This document shows positions 19,952-29,413 of a DNA stretch of 64,000 nucleotides, piece after piece; position 1 is the first letter of the stretch, and every line of letters begins with the position of its first letter. The notes under the pieces are model-generated. The model saw nothing but the letters and a program-made list of their open reading frames with translations, was not told where the DNA came from and did no database searches. The stretch covers positions 1,344,001-1,408,000 of the forward strand of contig CBDBDQ010000005.1 in the NCBI GenBank assembly GCA_965203905.1, written 5' to 3'. Source of the DNA: Spirochaetia bacterium. GTDB lineage: Bacteria > Spirochaetota > Spirochaetia > SZUA-6 > Bin103. A program made the position numbers and the translations under genes.

Positions 19952-19978
19952 TTGTCGGCGGTTCCGCGGGGTTCTTGA
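19952..19978 (-). promoter_or_regulatory. Sigma28 (FliA/SigD)-type promoter
   Basis: TCAA-N15-GCCGACAA on the minus strand versus consensus TAAA-N15-GCCGATAA. Confidence 0.6.
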
Positions 19979-20102
19979 GTGTCATGTGCCGAATGGCGTC
20001 GGCGCAGCGCAAGTAGCACTGGCGCGGGCCGCGGGCCGCCGCTTCCATGCCGCCGCTTCCCTCCGGCTGCGGGGCGTCCGTGGTATCGTTCGCGCGGCGG
20101 AG

Positions 20103-22814
20103 ATGGCGAAGCGGAAGAAGGCCAGAGGGCCGCACCACCCGAGGCCGGCCGCCGGCGCGGCGGCGGACCAGCCCCCGCAGGTGGCGGCGCCCCCGCGCCG
20201 GTCCCGGAACCGGTTCGCGCCTGGTGGGCCCGGTGGGGCGGGTTGGCCGGGTTGGCCGGCGGCATGGCTGGGGACGTTCTCGGCGCACGACGGGCCGGCG
20301 GCGCTGGCGCTGGCGGTGCTGGTGGTGGTGAGCTACTTCCCGGCCCTGCAGGGCGGCTTCGTGTGGGACGACGTGATCTTCGCCGAGGAGCCGGTGATCC
20401 ACTCCCCCGGTGCCCTGCGCAGCATCTGGTTGGCCCCCGCCGAGATCAAGAACGAGGGCCACTACTGGCCCCTGGTCTACACCAGCTTCTGGCTGGAGCA
20501 CCGGCTGTGGGGTCTGCGGCCCGCCGGCTACCACGCCGTCAACATCTTCCTGCACCTGCTCAACTGCCTGCTGCTGTGGCGCCTGCTGCGGCGCCTTGCG
20601 GTGCCCGGCGCGCTGCTGATCGCCGCGGTGTTCGCGGTGCACCCGCTGCACGTGGAGTCGGTGGCCTGGATCATCGAGCGCAAGGACCTGCTGTCGGCGC
20701 TGTTCTACCTGGGGGCGGTGCTGGCCTGGCTACGCCTGGTGGAGGTGGCGCGGGTGGGCCACTACCTGCTGCTGGTGCTGCTGTTCACGGCCGGGCTGCT
20801 GAGCAAGTCGGTGGTGGTGACGCTGCCGCTGGCGCTGCTGCTGGTGCAGTGGTGGCGCCGTGGCCGGGTGACGCGGCTGGATCTGCTGCGGGTGGCGCCG
20901 CTGATGGTGCTGGGGGCGGTGATCACGGCGGCGGACCTGGCCTTCTACCGCGGGCGGGAGGTGCTGGAGCTGGGCTACACGCTGGCGGAGCGGATGCTGA
21001 TCGCGGGGCGGGCGCTGTGGTTCTACGCCGGCAAGCTGGTGTGGCCGGTGGAGCTGGCGGTGATCTATCCGCTGTGGGAGATCGACGCGGGGTCGCTGGC
21101 GGGGTGGGGCTACGTGGCGGCGGCGGCCGGGTTGGCGCTGGCGCTGTGGCTGGGGCGGGGGCGGATCGGGCGCGGGCCGCTGGCGGGGGCGCTGTACTTC
21201 GCGCTGACGCTGGGGCCGGTGCTGGGGTTCGTGGACTACGGCTACATGCAGTTTTCGTTCGTGGCGGACCGCTTCCAGTACCTGGCGGGGATCGGGGTGC
21301 TGGCGCTGCTGCTGGGGAGCGCAGCGCACGGGATGGGCAGGCTCTCGGCCGCCGGGCGCGTGGCCGTGGGTGCTCCCGGGAGGGCGCGCGCCGAGCCGGG
21401 GGCCCGTGCTGCGCCGGAGGTGCGCGCTACTACGCCGGAGGTGCGCGCTACGCCGGCCAGGCTCGTGCGCTACGGGCAGGGGCTGCGCTACGGCGCTTGG
21501 GGGCTGGCAGTGGCGGTGGTGGTGCTGCTGGGCGCGCTGACCTGGCGTCAGGCCGAAATCTACCGCGACGAAGTCACGCTCTTCAGCCACATCGTGGCAC
21601 ACAACCCCGCGGCGCGCGACGCCCACCTCAACCTCGGCAGCGCGCTGTTCGAAGCGGAGCGGATGGAGGAGGGGCTTGCCGCCAGCCGCATCGCCGTGGA
21701 GCAGCGGCCCGAGTCGGCGGGCGCGCTGGCCAACGTCGGCCGCGCCCTGGTCTATTTCGAGCGCTTCACGGAGGCCGAGGAGCATCTGCGGCGCGCCCTG
21801 GAGCTGGACCGGCGCAGCACCACCGCGCACCAGAATCTGGCCGAGGCGCTCAGGAAGCAGGGGCGCCACCTGGAAGCGGTGGAGTCGTACCGCGCGGTGC
21901 TGGAACTCGACGCCGGGTTTGCGCTCGCCTACGCCGGCATGGGCACGGCGCTGTACGAGGCGCGGCGCTACCCCGAGGCGCTGGCGGCGCTGGAGCAGGC
22001 GCTGGCCCTGCAGCCGGAGCTGGCGGAGCGGGCCACGCTGCGTCTGTTCATGGGCCGCGCGGCGCGCGAGCTGGGCCGCTTCGAGGTCGCCGCGGAGCAC
22101 TTCCAGCGCGCCGCCGAGCTCGATCCCGACAACGTGGAGCCGCTTCTCGACCTGGCGGCCGTGCGCCGCAGCCAACAGCGCGACCGGGACGCGGAGGCGC
22201 TGCTGGACCGAGCCCGCGAGCTGCGCCCGCGCGATCCCTCGGCGCTCCACACCGTCGCCGAGGCGCTCCGAACGCAGGGCCGCGTGGAGGAGGCGATCGC
22301 CGGCTACCGCGCGGTGCTGGAGCTGGACCCCGAGTTCGCCCCGTCGCACGCCGCGCTCGGGATTGCGCTGTATCAGATGCAGCGCTACCGCGCGGGCCTG
22401 GCGTCGATGCAGCGGGCACTGGAGCTGGACCCCGAGCTGCCGGTGGCGGCCTCGCTGCACCTGTTCATGGGCCGCGCCTGGGCCGAGCTGGGAGACACGG
22501 AGGCCGCCGCCGAGCAGTACCAGCGGGCGCTGCGGATCGAGCCGCGCAACCCGGAAGTGCTCGATCACCTGGCCATGGCGCGCTTCGGGCAGAGGCGCTA
22601 CGAGGACGCGCTGGCGCTGTACCGGACGCTGTTGGAAATCAATCCCGACAATGCGTTGACCCACTCCAACGCCGGCGCTGCGTTGTATCATCTCGACCGC
22701 CCGCAGGAGGCGCTGCAGAGCATCGAGCGCGCCCTGACCCTGGACCCGGACCTGGAGATCGCCCGCACCGGCCTGGCCGAGGTGCGCAAGCTCCTGAACC
22801 AGCGCGGACAGTAG
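20103..22814 (+). CDS. TMTC-like GT-C glycosyltransferase with C-terminal TPR repeats
   Basis: TM1 followed by GGFVWDD, then YWPLVYTSF, GYHAVNIFLH, FAVHPLHVESVAWIIERKDLL, ADRFQYL, and many TPR units. Confidence 0.85.
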   Translation: MAKRKKARGPHHPRPAAGAAADQPPQVAAPPRRSRNRFAPGGPGGAGWPGWPAAWLGTFSAHDGPAALALAVLVVVSYFPALQGGFVWDDVIFAEEPVIHSPGALRSIWLAPAEIKNEGHYWPLVYTSFWLEHRLWGLRPAGYHAVNIFLHLLNCLLLWRLLRRLAVPGALLIAAVFAVHPLHVESVAWIIERKDLLSALFYLGAVLAWLRLVEVARVGHYLLLVLLFTAGLLSKSVVVTLPLALLLVQWWRRGRVTRLDLLRVAPLMVLGAVITAADLAFYRGREVLELGYTLAERMLIAGRALWFYAGKLVWPVELAVIYPLWEIDAGSLAGWGYVAAAAGLALALWLGRGRIGRGPLAGALYFALTLGPVLGFVDYGYMQFSFVADRFQYLAGIGVLALLLGSAAHGMGRLSAAGRVAVGAPGRARAEPGARAAPEVRATTPEVRATPARLVRYGQGLRYGAWGLAVAVVVLLGALTWRQAEIYRDEVTLFSHIVAHNPAARDAHLNLGSALFEAERMEEGLAASRIAVEQRPESAGALANVGRALVYFERFTEAEEHLRRALELDRRSTTAHQNLAEALRKQGRHLEAVESYRAVLELDAGFALAYAGMGTALYEARRYPEALAALEQALALQPELAERATLRLFMGRAARELGRFEVAAEHFQRAAELDPDNVEPLLDLAAVRRSQQRDRDAEALLDRARELRPRDPSALHTVAEALRTQGRVEEAIAGYRAVLELDPEFAPSHAALGIALYQMQRYRAGLASMQRALELDPELPVAASLHLFMGRAWAELGDTEAAAEQYQRALRIEPRNPEVLDHLAMARFGQRRYEDALALYRTLLEINPDNALTHSNAGAALYHLDRPQEALQSIERALTLDPDLEIARTGLAEVRKLLNQRGQ

Positions 22815-22997
22815 CCGGCATCCGAGTCACCGCCTGGCGGCACGCACCCGCCGCCACGCTGTCCCGGTTGATGGGGTAGACTCCACCCGCGGCGTGCGTA
22901 CCGCGCGCGCACTGTGCGTCCGGGTACCACGCGACGTACCATGCGACCGCGCCCTGGGCGGCTGCATCCGGCGCGCGGCACTGCGACGAATTGCACC

Positions 22998-23843
22998 ATG
23001 CTGACTGAACTCTCGCTGAGCGGGTTCCTGGCCTTCGCGGCAGCCTACCCGTTGTGTTTCTGGTCCAACGCCGGCGCCACCATCGACCGCGGCTTCTATC
23101 GCTTCAACCTGGGGGTGAGCTGCTTCATCCTCAGCCTGGGCCTGTTCGCGCTGCTGTTCGCGGCGCCGGGCGGCGCGGCGGCGGCGCGGCAGATGGCCTC
23201 GCAGGCGGCAGGCGGGGGGATGGCGGTGCCGGGCGCCGTGCTGGCGGCGCTGGCGGTGGCATGGCTGGCAGGCCTGCTGGCGGTGACCTGGAGCCAGTGG
23301 GAGCGGCCGCGGCCGAGCCTGCCGCTGATCACGCTGCCTTCGCTGGTCGGGCTCGCGGTGACCGCGGCCGCCACGGTGGCGCGTACCCCGCCGGCCGCGG
23401 CGCCGGTGGGTGCGGCGGCGCTCACCCTGCTCGGCGGGCTGACCCTGGGCATGGCGCTGTACACCATGGTGCTCGGCCACTGGTACCTGAACGTGGCCCG
23501 GCTGCCGATCGCCATCCTCTCGCGGGCGGTGGCCGTGTACAGCGTGCTGCTGGCGCTGCGGCTGCTGTGGGACGCCGTGGCCTTCGCCACCCACAGCCTG
23601 CCCTACCAGGGGCTGCCGCTGCCGCTGTACGCCTTCGTCGGAACCCTGGACGGCTTCCTGGTGGCGGTGGCGGTGTTCTTCGGCACCCTGTTTCCGCTGG
23701 CCGCCACCTGGCTGGTGCAGCGCACGCTGGCCGCCAAGTCCACCCAGGCCGCCACCGGTATCCTCTACGTGGTGGTGGTGGCCGCCATCATCGGCGATTT
23801 TTCCTATCGCTTCTTCCTGCTCCGCTACGGAGTGGTGCTGTAG
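22998..23843 (+). CDS. Multi-pass membrane protein with MVLGHWYL motif (function unknown)
   Basis: About 8 hydrophobic helices, with YTMVLGHWYLNV and STQAATGILY. Closely coupled to the next gene. Confidence 0.75.
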   Translation: MLTELSLSGFLAFAAAYPLCFWSNAGATIDRGFYRFNLGVSCFILSLGLFALLFAAPGGAAAARQMASQAAGGGMAVPGAVLAALAVAWLAGLLAVTWSQWERPRPSLPLITLPSLVGLAVTAAATVARTPPAAAPVGAAALTLLGGLTLGMALYTMVLGHWYLNVARLPIAILSRAVAVYSVLLALRLLWDAVAFATHSLPYQGLPLPLYAFVGTLDGFLVAVAVFFGTLFPLAATWLVQRTLAAKSTQAATGILYVVVVAAIIGDFSYRFFLLRYGVVL

Positions 23844-23844
23844 C

Positions 23845-24270
23845 ATGCTCCAGGTACGCGCGCAGTGCGATGCCTGTGACGCGGCGCTGGCCGGCGGCGC
23901 GGAGCAAGGGGTCCTGGAGTGCCCTTCGTGCCGGCGCCGGTATCCGCTCGGCGAGGCGGCCGCGCGCCTGGAGCAATGTCCGATCTGCGACTGCCGCCGG
24001 TTTTTCCGCCAGAAGGCGTTTCCCAAGGTGCTCGGCATCGGCCTGGTGGTGGTGGGTGCCATCCTGGTGCCGTTCACCTACGGCGTCAGCCTGATGGTCC
24101 TGGCGCTGGTCGATCTGCTGATCTACCGCAGCGTGCCGCTGATGGCGGTCTGCTACCTGTGCCGCGCCGAATTCCGGGGCGTGCCGGTCCCCGACCGCAT
24201 CCTCCCGTTCCGCCATCACATGGCGGAGGGCTTCGAGAAGCGGCGCGAGGAACGCCGGCAGCAGCGCTGA
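23845..24270 (+). CDS. Zinc-ribbon membrane protein
   Basis: CDAC, CPSC, CPIC and CYLC pairs flank two TM helices. Confidence 0.75.
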   Translation: MLQVRAQCDACDAALAGGAEQGVLECPSCRRRYPLGEAAARLEQCPICDCRRFFRQKAFPKVLGIGLVVVGAILVPFTYGVSLMVLALVDLLIYRSVPLMAVCYLCRAEFRGVPVPDRILPFRHHMAEGFEKRREERRQQR

Positions 24271-24280
24271 CCGCCGCCCC

Positions 24281-24356
24281 CGCCGCCGCGGGCCGCCACC
24301 GCCACCGCGAGCCGCCATCGCCACCGCGAGCCGCCATCGCCACCGCGGGCCGCCAC
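24281..24356. repeat. Four tandem 19-bp units CGCC(A/G)CCGCG(A/G)GCCGCCA(C/T)
   Basis: Read directly in the intergenic sequence. Confidence 0.85.
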
Positions 24357-24419
24357 CCGGATCGCTTGAACTCTCCAGGCGATGGCAGTACGTTGCTGGT
24401 TCCTCCATGGCGCCCGACG

Positions 24420-25151
24420 ATGAGTGAACCGGAATCCGAACACCTCGATCCCGAATCCCTGGTTGCGCGCATCATTGCGGAGTTGCGGGCCAACCCGCAG
24501 GCACAACGGTTGCTGCTGCGCGCGCTGCTGACCAACGAGTTCCTCGGCATGCCGGCACGCCTGGACCGCATCGAGAAGGACGTTGCGGAACTCAAGGTCG
24601 ATGTACGCCAGCTCAAGGTGGACGTGGGCCAGCTCAAGGTCGACGTGGGTCAGCTCAAGGTGGACGTGGGCCAGCTTACGGTCGACGTGGGCCAGCTTAA
24701 GGACAATGTGGGATCGCTCAAAGGATCCGACTTGGAGGTTCGGCTGCTGCGGAGAATTCGCCCGCTGCTCAGTCAACACCTCCAGCTCAGGCGCGCCCGC
24801 ATCGTGCACAGCGCGCTGCACCAGGCCGATACCGAGTTCGATGCTACGATCGCCGACGCTGCGGATGCCGGCCGGATCAGTTCCGACCAGGAGGACCGCA
24901 TCACTGCGACCGACGTCATCATGCATGCGCAACGGAGGCACCAACGGACTCGGGTCTGGGTAGCCGTCGAAGTGGCCGGCAGAGTCGACGCCGACGATAT
25001 CAGGCGCAGCCGGGAGACTGCGGCCACGCTTGCGGCAGTGTTCGGAGAGGAGGCAATACCGGTCGTGGCGGGGTATCGGATCGACACCGCAGACCGGAGC
25101 CGGGCCGACGCCGCGGGAGTGTGCTGCCTGGAAGTCCCCGAACGGACCTAG
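24420..25151 (+). CDS. Heptad-repeat coiled-coil protein with PD-(D/E)XK-like C-terminal domain
   Basis: (DVGQLKV)n heptads encoded by 21-bp repeats (~24590-24710), then LKGSDLE...TDVIM...VAVEVA...[10 protein letters not shown]. Confidence 0.7.
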   Translation: MSEPESEHLDPESLVARIIAELRANPQAQRLLLRALLTNEFLGMPARLDRIEKDVAELKVDVRQLKVDVGQLKVDVGQLKVDVGQLTVDVGQLKDNVGSLKGSDLEVRLLRRIRPLLSQHLQLRRARIVHSALHQADTEFDATIADAADAGRISSDQEDRITATDVIMHAQRRHQRTRVWVAVEVAGRVDADDIRRSRETAATLAAVFGEEAIPVVAGYRIDTADRSRADAAGVCCLEVPERT

Positions 25152-25613
25152 CGATGCCGGTAGCGGCGGTCGATCTCCTCGACCACCGGGGTACGTTGCG
25201 AGATCCAGGGCCAACCCTACTGAACGACTTCTGCATCCCGTGTGGCGGCACCTGCCAGATCGCCGTCTTCAGGTGCGTGGGTTCGTTCGCTGTACGATGT
25301 GTCCAGAAATGAACGGAGCGCCGCCTCCCGCAACGCCGGTCTTCGCCGATGCATTGCTGCCACGTCGGCGCCGCCGTGCAGGATTCGCAGGATTCTGCGA
25401 AAAGTGCCAAAAAAACGCGCTAATCACTTGACGGGTTTGGCGCTGCTCATAGCGGCCTCCTGCCGCACGTTCCGGCCCCTCCGACCCTTCGAACATCCCG
25501 CCACGCCCTCCAGGACCGTCAGCACCCCGCCAGCGCCGGCCTGAGCCCTTCCAGGTGCCCGTCCCGGGACTTGCCGCAACCGGTCATTTCTCAACCATGA
25601 TTATATTTACGCC

Positions 25614-27296
25614 ATGGTTGCCGCGACCGCCACCAGCTTCTCCTCCTCCCTCTCCGGGCTCCCCGACCAGGTGCTGCTGGCGCATACCAGGTCCCTCGTC
25701 CTGCACGAGCAGGCGCTGCAGCTCGCCGTCCTCGACCACCTGCGCGAGATCCACGCCCGCCACCTGCACCTGCGCCTCGGGTTCTCCAGCCTGTTCGACT
25801 ACGCCGTGCGCGAGTTGGGCTACAGCGAGGGTGCCGCTTGGCGTCGCATAAAGGCCATGCGCCTGTGCTCCGAGACCGCCGGGTCACGCGAGCGGCTGCA
25901 GGACGGCTCGCTCTCCCTGAGCGCCGCGGCGCAGTTGCAGAACACCTTCGATCTCCTGCAGCGCACGGCCACCGCCGCCGCGGCCCCCGGCTCGGCACCG
26001 GCGGCAGCGGAGCTGCTGCCGGGCGGCACGGGTCCGGCGCCGGAGGCGGGGGCTGCGGGGACCGCGGCAGCGACGCCGGCGGGACCGGTGCCGGCGCTGG
26101 ACGCGGCGCAGCGGCAGGAGCTGGTGGCGCAGGCGAGCGGCAAGAGCACCCGCGAGGTGAAGCAGTTGTTGGCCGGGGTGGCTCCCGAGCTGGCGCGGCC
26201 GGCCGATCGCCTGCGGGCGCTGGGCGACGGGCGCTGGGAGCTGAAGGTGGCGATCGACTCTGCCTGTCAGCGCGGGATCGAGCAGCTACGGGCACTGCTG
26301 TCGCACGTCGACCCGCACCTGACGCTGGGGCAACTGGTGGAGCGGCTGGTGCAGGACGGCCTGCAGCGCTACGACCCGGGGCGACCGCCGCGCGGTCGCA
26401 GAGGCGGGAGCCGGGAGGCAAGCGCGGGCCAGGCGCCGGAGCCGAAGCCGCAGCAAGGGCCGGAAGGCGGAGCGACTTCGCCGGCGAAGCGGGACGCGCA
26501 AGAGCAACCCGGAGTGCCATCGACGCCGGCGGGCACGACCGCCGGTGGCAGCACCCCGGCGCCGGCAGCGCTGCCAGCAGAGGAACCCGCGCGCGGGATT
26601 GGCGGCGCCGGCACCTCGGCGGTGGCAGCGCTATCCGCAGAGGAACCCGCGTGCGGGATTGGCCGTGCCGGCACCCCGGCGGTGGCAGCGCTGTCCGTGC
26701 CACCGTCGAGGCGGGAGACTTGCGGCGGCAGCACCCCGGTGCGTGGCAAGCCAGCGGCGGGGGCGCCCGGCACCACTACTTCGGCGCCGAAGTTGGTGGC
26801 TGGTTGCGGGTCCCGCGCCTCCGTACCGACGCCGCCGGCAGACCAGAGCTTGCCGACCGCGCGGGCAGCGGTGGACCGCGGTCGCAGCGCTCCTTCGCCA
26901 GCGAAGCGGGCAGGGGCGGCGCAGCGGGCAGGAGCGGCGCAGCGGGCAGGGGCGGCAAAGCGGGCAGGAGCGCAGCTCGATGGCCGTTCGCGGCAGCAGG
27001 CGGCGGCATCCGACCCGTCCGCAGGCAGCGCGCAGCCGGCCCACCGGGCGCGCCGATCCCGCTACATTCCGGCACCGGTGCGGCGCGAGGTGTGGCGGCG
27101 CGACGGCGGCTGCTGCAGTTACGTCGATCCGCACAGCGGGCGGCGCTGCGGCTCCCGCTTTCTGCTGGAGCTCGACCACATCGTTCCCTTCGCGCTCGGC
27201 GGCAGCGCCGAGCCGGGGAACTTGAGGCTGCATTGTGCTGCTCACCACCGCTTCCGGCATCGGGAGCACGGATCGCCGCCAGACGGGGCCACGTGA
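25614..27296 (+). CDS. DUF222-like N-terminal domain plus C-terminal HNH endonuclease, with a repetitive low-complexity linker
   Basis: LGFSSLFDYAVRELGYSEGAAWRRI N-terminus and C-terminal RYIPAPVRREVWRRDGGCC...C...ELDHIVPFALGG...NLRLHCAAHH. The linker has ~60-bp and 18-bp tandem repeats. Confidence 0.85.
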   Translation: MVAATATSFSSSLSGLPDQVLLAHTRSLVLHEQALQLAVLDHLREIHARHLHLRLGFSSLFDYAVRELGYSEGAAWRRIKAMRLCSETAGSRERLQDGSLSLSAAAQLQNTFDLLQRTATAAAAPGSAPAAAELLPGGTGPAPEAGAAGTAAATPAGPVPALDAAQRQELVAQASGKSTREVKQLLAGVAPELARPADRLRALGDGRWELKVAIDSACQRGIEQLRALLSHVDPHLTLGQLVERLVQDGLQRYDPGRPPRGRRGGSREASAGQAPEPKPQQGPEGGATSPAKRDAQEQPGVPSTPAGTTAGGSTPAPAALPAEEPARGIGGAGTSAVAALSAEEPACGIGRAGTPAVAALSVPPSRRETCGGSTPVRGKPAAGAPGTTTSAPKLVAGCGSRASVPTPPADQSLPTARAAVDRGRSAPSPAKRAGAAQRAGAAQRAGAAKRAGAQLDGRSRQQAAASDPSAGSAQPAHRARRSRYIPAPVRREVWRRDGGCCSYVDPHSGRRCGSRFLLELDHIVPFALGGSAEPGNLRLHCAAHHRFRHREHGSPPDGAT

Positions 27297-27330
27297 TCGG
27301 CGCTCGCCGGGGTGCGAGTTGGGCGATCGG

Positions 27331-27420
27331 GTGGCCAGCAAGGAGACCGCCCGCCTCACGGCACCCAGACCAAGCTCTCTCTGCACATCGCCCGGTCGCT
27401 ACCGCTGCGTGTCGGAGAGC
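27331..27420 (+). pseudogene. Deleted shard homologous to the C1 peptidase gene (7139-7258)
   Basis: TGGCCAGCAAGGAGACCGCCCGCCTCAC|GGCACCCAGACCAAGCT...CGCTACCGCTGCGT...GGAGAGC matches the peptidase with a ~30-bp internal deletion. Confidence 0.8.
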
Positions 27421-27934
27421 GTCGCAACGTTTGGCTCGACCGACGCCCTGATCCGTACTGGGGCAATTTGTGGTGGCATGATGTCCTCGGGACTGTGCCC
27501 GCTGCCGCGTGTCGCGGGTGACGGCCCGATCAGCGGAGCCGATTGGCGTCGGGGCCCAGCAGGGGGCGAGACGGATGTGGGCGTGGCGAACGGGTGGCGA
27601 ACGGTGGTCGCGGTGCTTCCCCGGCTGTGCGGTCGCCGATACGCTGCTATTCGATCGGGAAGGAAAGGCGAGGGCGCGGGAATCTCGGACAGCACCCGGC
27701 AGTTTGGGGCAAAATCCCGCGCCCTCTCTTTCAGAGTATCGGCAAGGCTGGAGCGCTTCCGCTCCGCCAGATTGTCGAGGCTGTCTGTCGCACCACCGAC
27801 AGTGATGCGCGCGGCATCTCGCGGCGCAGGTTGGCCAGGGGAGGTCGGTCTCGCGGTGGACAGCTATTCGAGGGTCATGGGAGGGCACCGGGCGCCGGCC
27901 GGGCGTGGGAAACGGGGATTATGGGCAATCACAC

Positions 27935-27996
27935 AAAGAGCCGCCTCCCCTGGGTTCTGGAGGGAAGGCGGCAGGCTGGGAGGGGAACAACTCCCA
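27935..27996 (-). ncRNA. Candidate ~60-nt small RNA
   Basis: Hairpin TGGGAG-TTGTTCCC-CTCCCA, then a 12-bp stem GCCGCCTTCCCT...AGGGGAGGCGGC plus TCTTT. A sigma70-like promoter lies immediately upstream. Confidence 0.5.
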
Positions 27997-28001
27997 CTCA
28001 C

Positions 28002-28030
28002 AACGTAGCGGGTGTACCGGTAACAGGCAA
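28002..28030 (-). promoter_or_regulatory. Putative sigma70 promoter TTGCCT-N17-TACGTT
   Basis: Exact 17-bp spacer. The predicted start site falls at the base of the first hairpin. Confidence 0.5.
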
Positions 28031-28089
28031 GGCACGAACCCGCGAACCGGAATCCGAATCCCCGCCTTAAAGACGAATTCTCTCTCGCG

Positions 28090-28289
28090 AAGTCGCGAAT
28101 TGGCGGAAAGTTCCCGAATCTACTCTGAAGTTCGCTATTTCGCGACTGATCGGAGAGCGAATAAATCGTCTCTCTATAATAAACTGATGAGAAGCGTCAG
28201 AATCGTAGAGCAATGCGACGGAATCAATCGGTCAAATTCACGAATTGGCGTAAAGTCGTGAAACCCACAACGAATTCGCCATTTCGCGA
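28090..28289 (-). promoter_or_regulatory. AT-richer non-coding element with TCGCGA/TCGTGA boxes (full copy 28202-28289, degenerate copy 28090-28145)
   Basis: Its reverse complement shares the blocks TCGCGAAATGGCGAATT, ATTCGTGAATTTGAC and CATTGCTCTACGAT with 39050-39139. Confidence 0.7.
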
Positions 28290-28358
28290 CTTTGCGGCCT
28301 CGTCAAGTCGTCAGTTCGCCGTCTGGCACTGCGCAACGTGATACTGAATGCGCTGGAA

Positions 28359-28904
28359 TCAGTCGGTTTTCCGGGGCGGGAGCGGTGCGATCGCCGTATT
28401 CTGGCTGAAGATCACCCGCCACTGACCATCGATCCGTTGCAGTACGTCGACCAATCGTGTCTCCAGGGCCCCCGGAGCCGTCTCTCGAATGCCGGGTGGC
28501 AGCGCCTCGTAGCCGGTGAGCCGCAGCCGCGCCTCGACGATCGCAGTGTCAGGCGCCGCGAATCGCACTTCCAGTGGCTCCACGGTGAGTGTGCTGTTAT
28601 GAAAGATCGTGGCGAACAGCGCCGCATGGCGCTGCTCGTTGCTGGCGCGGTCGGGGAACCGCATCCCCAGGATGTTGATGAACCGGCTGTCGCCGGCGAA
28701 GTCCTTGACCCAGGCGGTCGCATCCCGCGTATTCCAGGCCTGCTCCCGGTCTGTCAGGATCCGCCGGACGGCCTGCTCGTCCGCGACGGACTGTGCCCAC
28801 AGCAGACCTCCCGACGGCACCGCCAGGATCATGGCGGCGCTGCAAAAAAGACGCAGCAGCCCGATGCTGCGGTTGCACGCTCGCCCTTGGCGCCGGAGCC
28901 TCAT
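28359..28904 (-). CDS. SgcJ/EcaC (DUF4440, NTF2-like) family exported protein
   Basis: ADEQAVRRIL...QAWNTRDA...FINILG...EVRFAAPDTAIV...VLQRIDGQWRVIFSQNT. The start is uncertain. Confidence 0.8.
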   Translation of the reverse strand: MRLRRQGRACNRSIGLLRLFCSAAMILAVPSGGLLWAQSVADEQAVRRILTDREQAWNTRDATAWVKDFAGDSRFINILGMRFPDRASNEQRHAALFATIFHNSTLTVEPLEVRFAAPDTAIVEARLRLTGYEALPPGIRETAPGALETRLVDVLQRIDGQWRVIFSQNTAIAPLPPRKTD

Positions 28905-29198
28905 CTTGGGCCCGACTCTACCACGCCAGTTCACTATTGCGACAGTTCCGGCGTCGGACGGGTCCATGCGCCAGGGGGAGAACCGCTGCCACTACGCACT
29001 ACCGCACCACATGTCCACATATTCGGCGCATTCGAGGTACTGTGTCGGTGTGTGGCGTTTCCTTGGCGCTCCCCGCTACAGCCGCCGGATCTCGGTCTCG
29101 ATGCTGGACTAGTTGCCACTGCCGGGGTTGCGTCGCGGCCAAGAGCCGGAGGCTCCTCCGGCGCGCGCGACCTAAAGTGACGGAGGATACTTCTCACC

Positions 29199-29396
29199 GT
29201 GTCAGGCTTGCACAACCTGAGGACCAGCGGCCGGCGCTGGCTCGTGAGCCGCCGCCGCACTCCTCCCTGGGTAGTGGTGCTCATCGTGGCGACCGTCATG
29301 TTCCTCGCCAGCGTCGGCCTCACCGTCGCGGTCGGCCTCATTCTCGGCGAGCGCATCGCCGCCATTGAGACGGTCTTGGATATCGAGGACCCGTAG
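29199..29396 (+). CDS. Small single-pass membrane protein (65 aa)
   Basis: GGAGGA upstream and one long hydrophobic stretch. Confidence 0.45.
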   Translation: MSGLHNLRTSGRRWLVSRRRTPPWVVVLIVATVMFLASVGLTVAVGLILGERIAAIETVLDIEDP

Positions 29397-29413
29397 GCTC
29401 ACTCCTCCCGCGA

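Noticed and set aside
19979-22879. 966-aa alternative-frame and 653-aa antisense ORFs over the TMTC-like gene (and similar long shadows over ctaD, istA and the sulfatase)
   Set aside because: Typical high-GC shadow ORFs overlapping well-supported genes.
25470-25565. Short words shared between the HNH upstream region and the reverse complement of the IS21 repeat unit (CGAACATCC, CTCCAGG, CCTGAG.CCCTTCC, TGCCCGTC)
   Set aside because: The matches are short and not colinear, so they cannot be distinguished from chance in GC-rich DNA without a statistical alignment.
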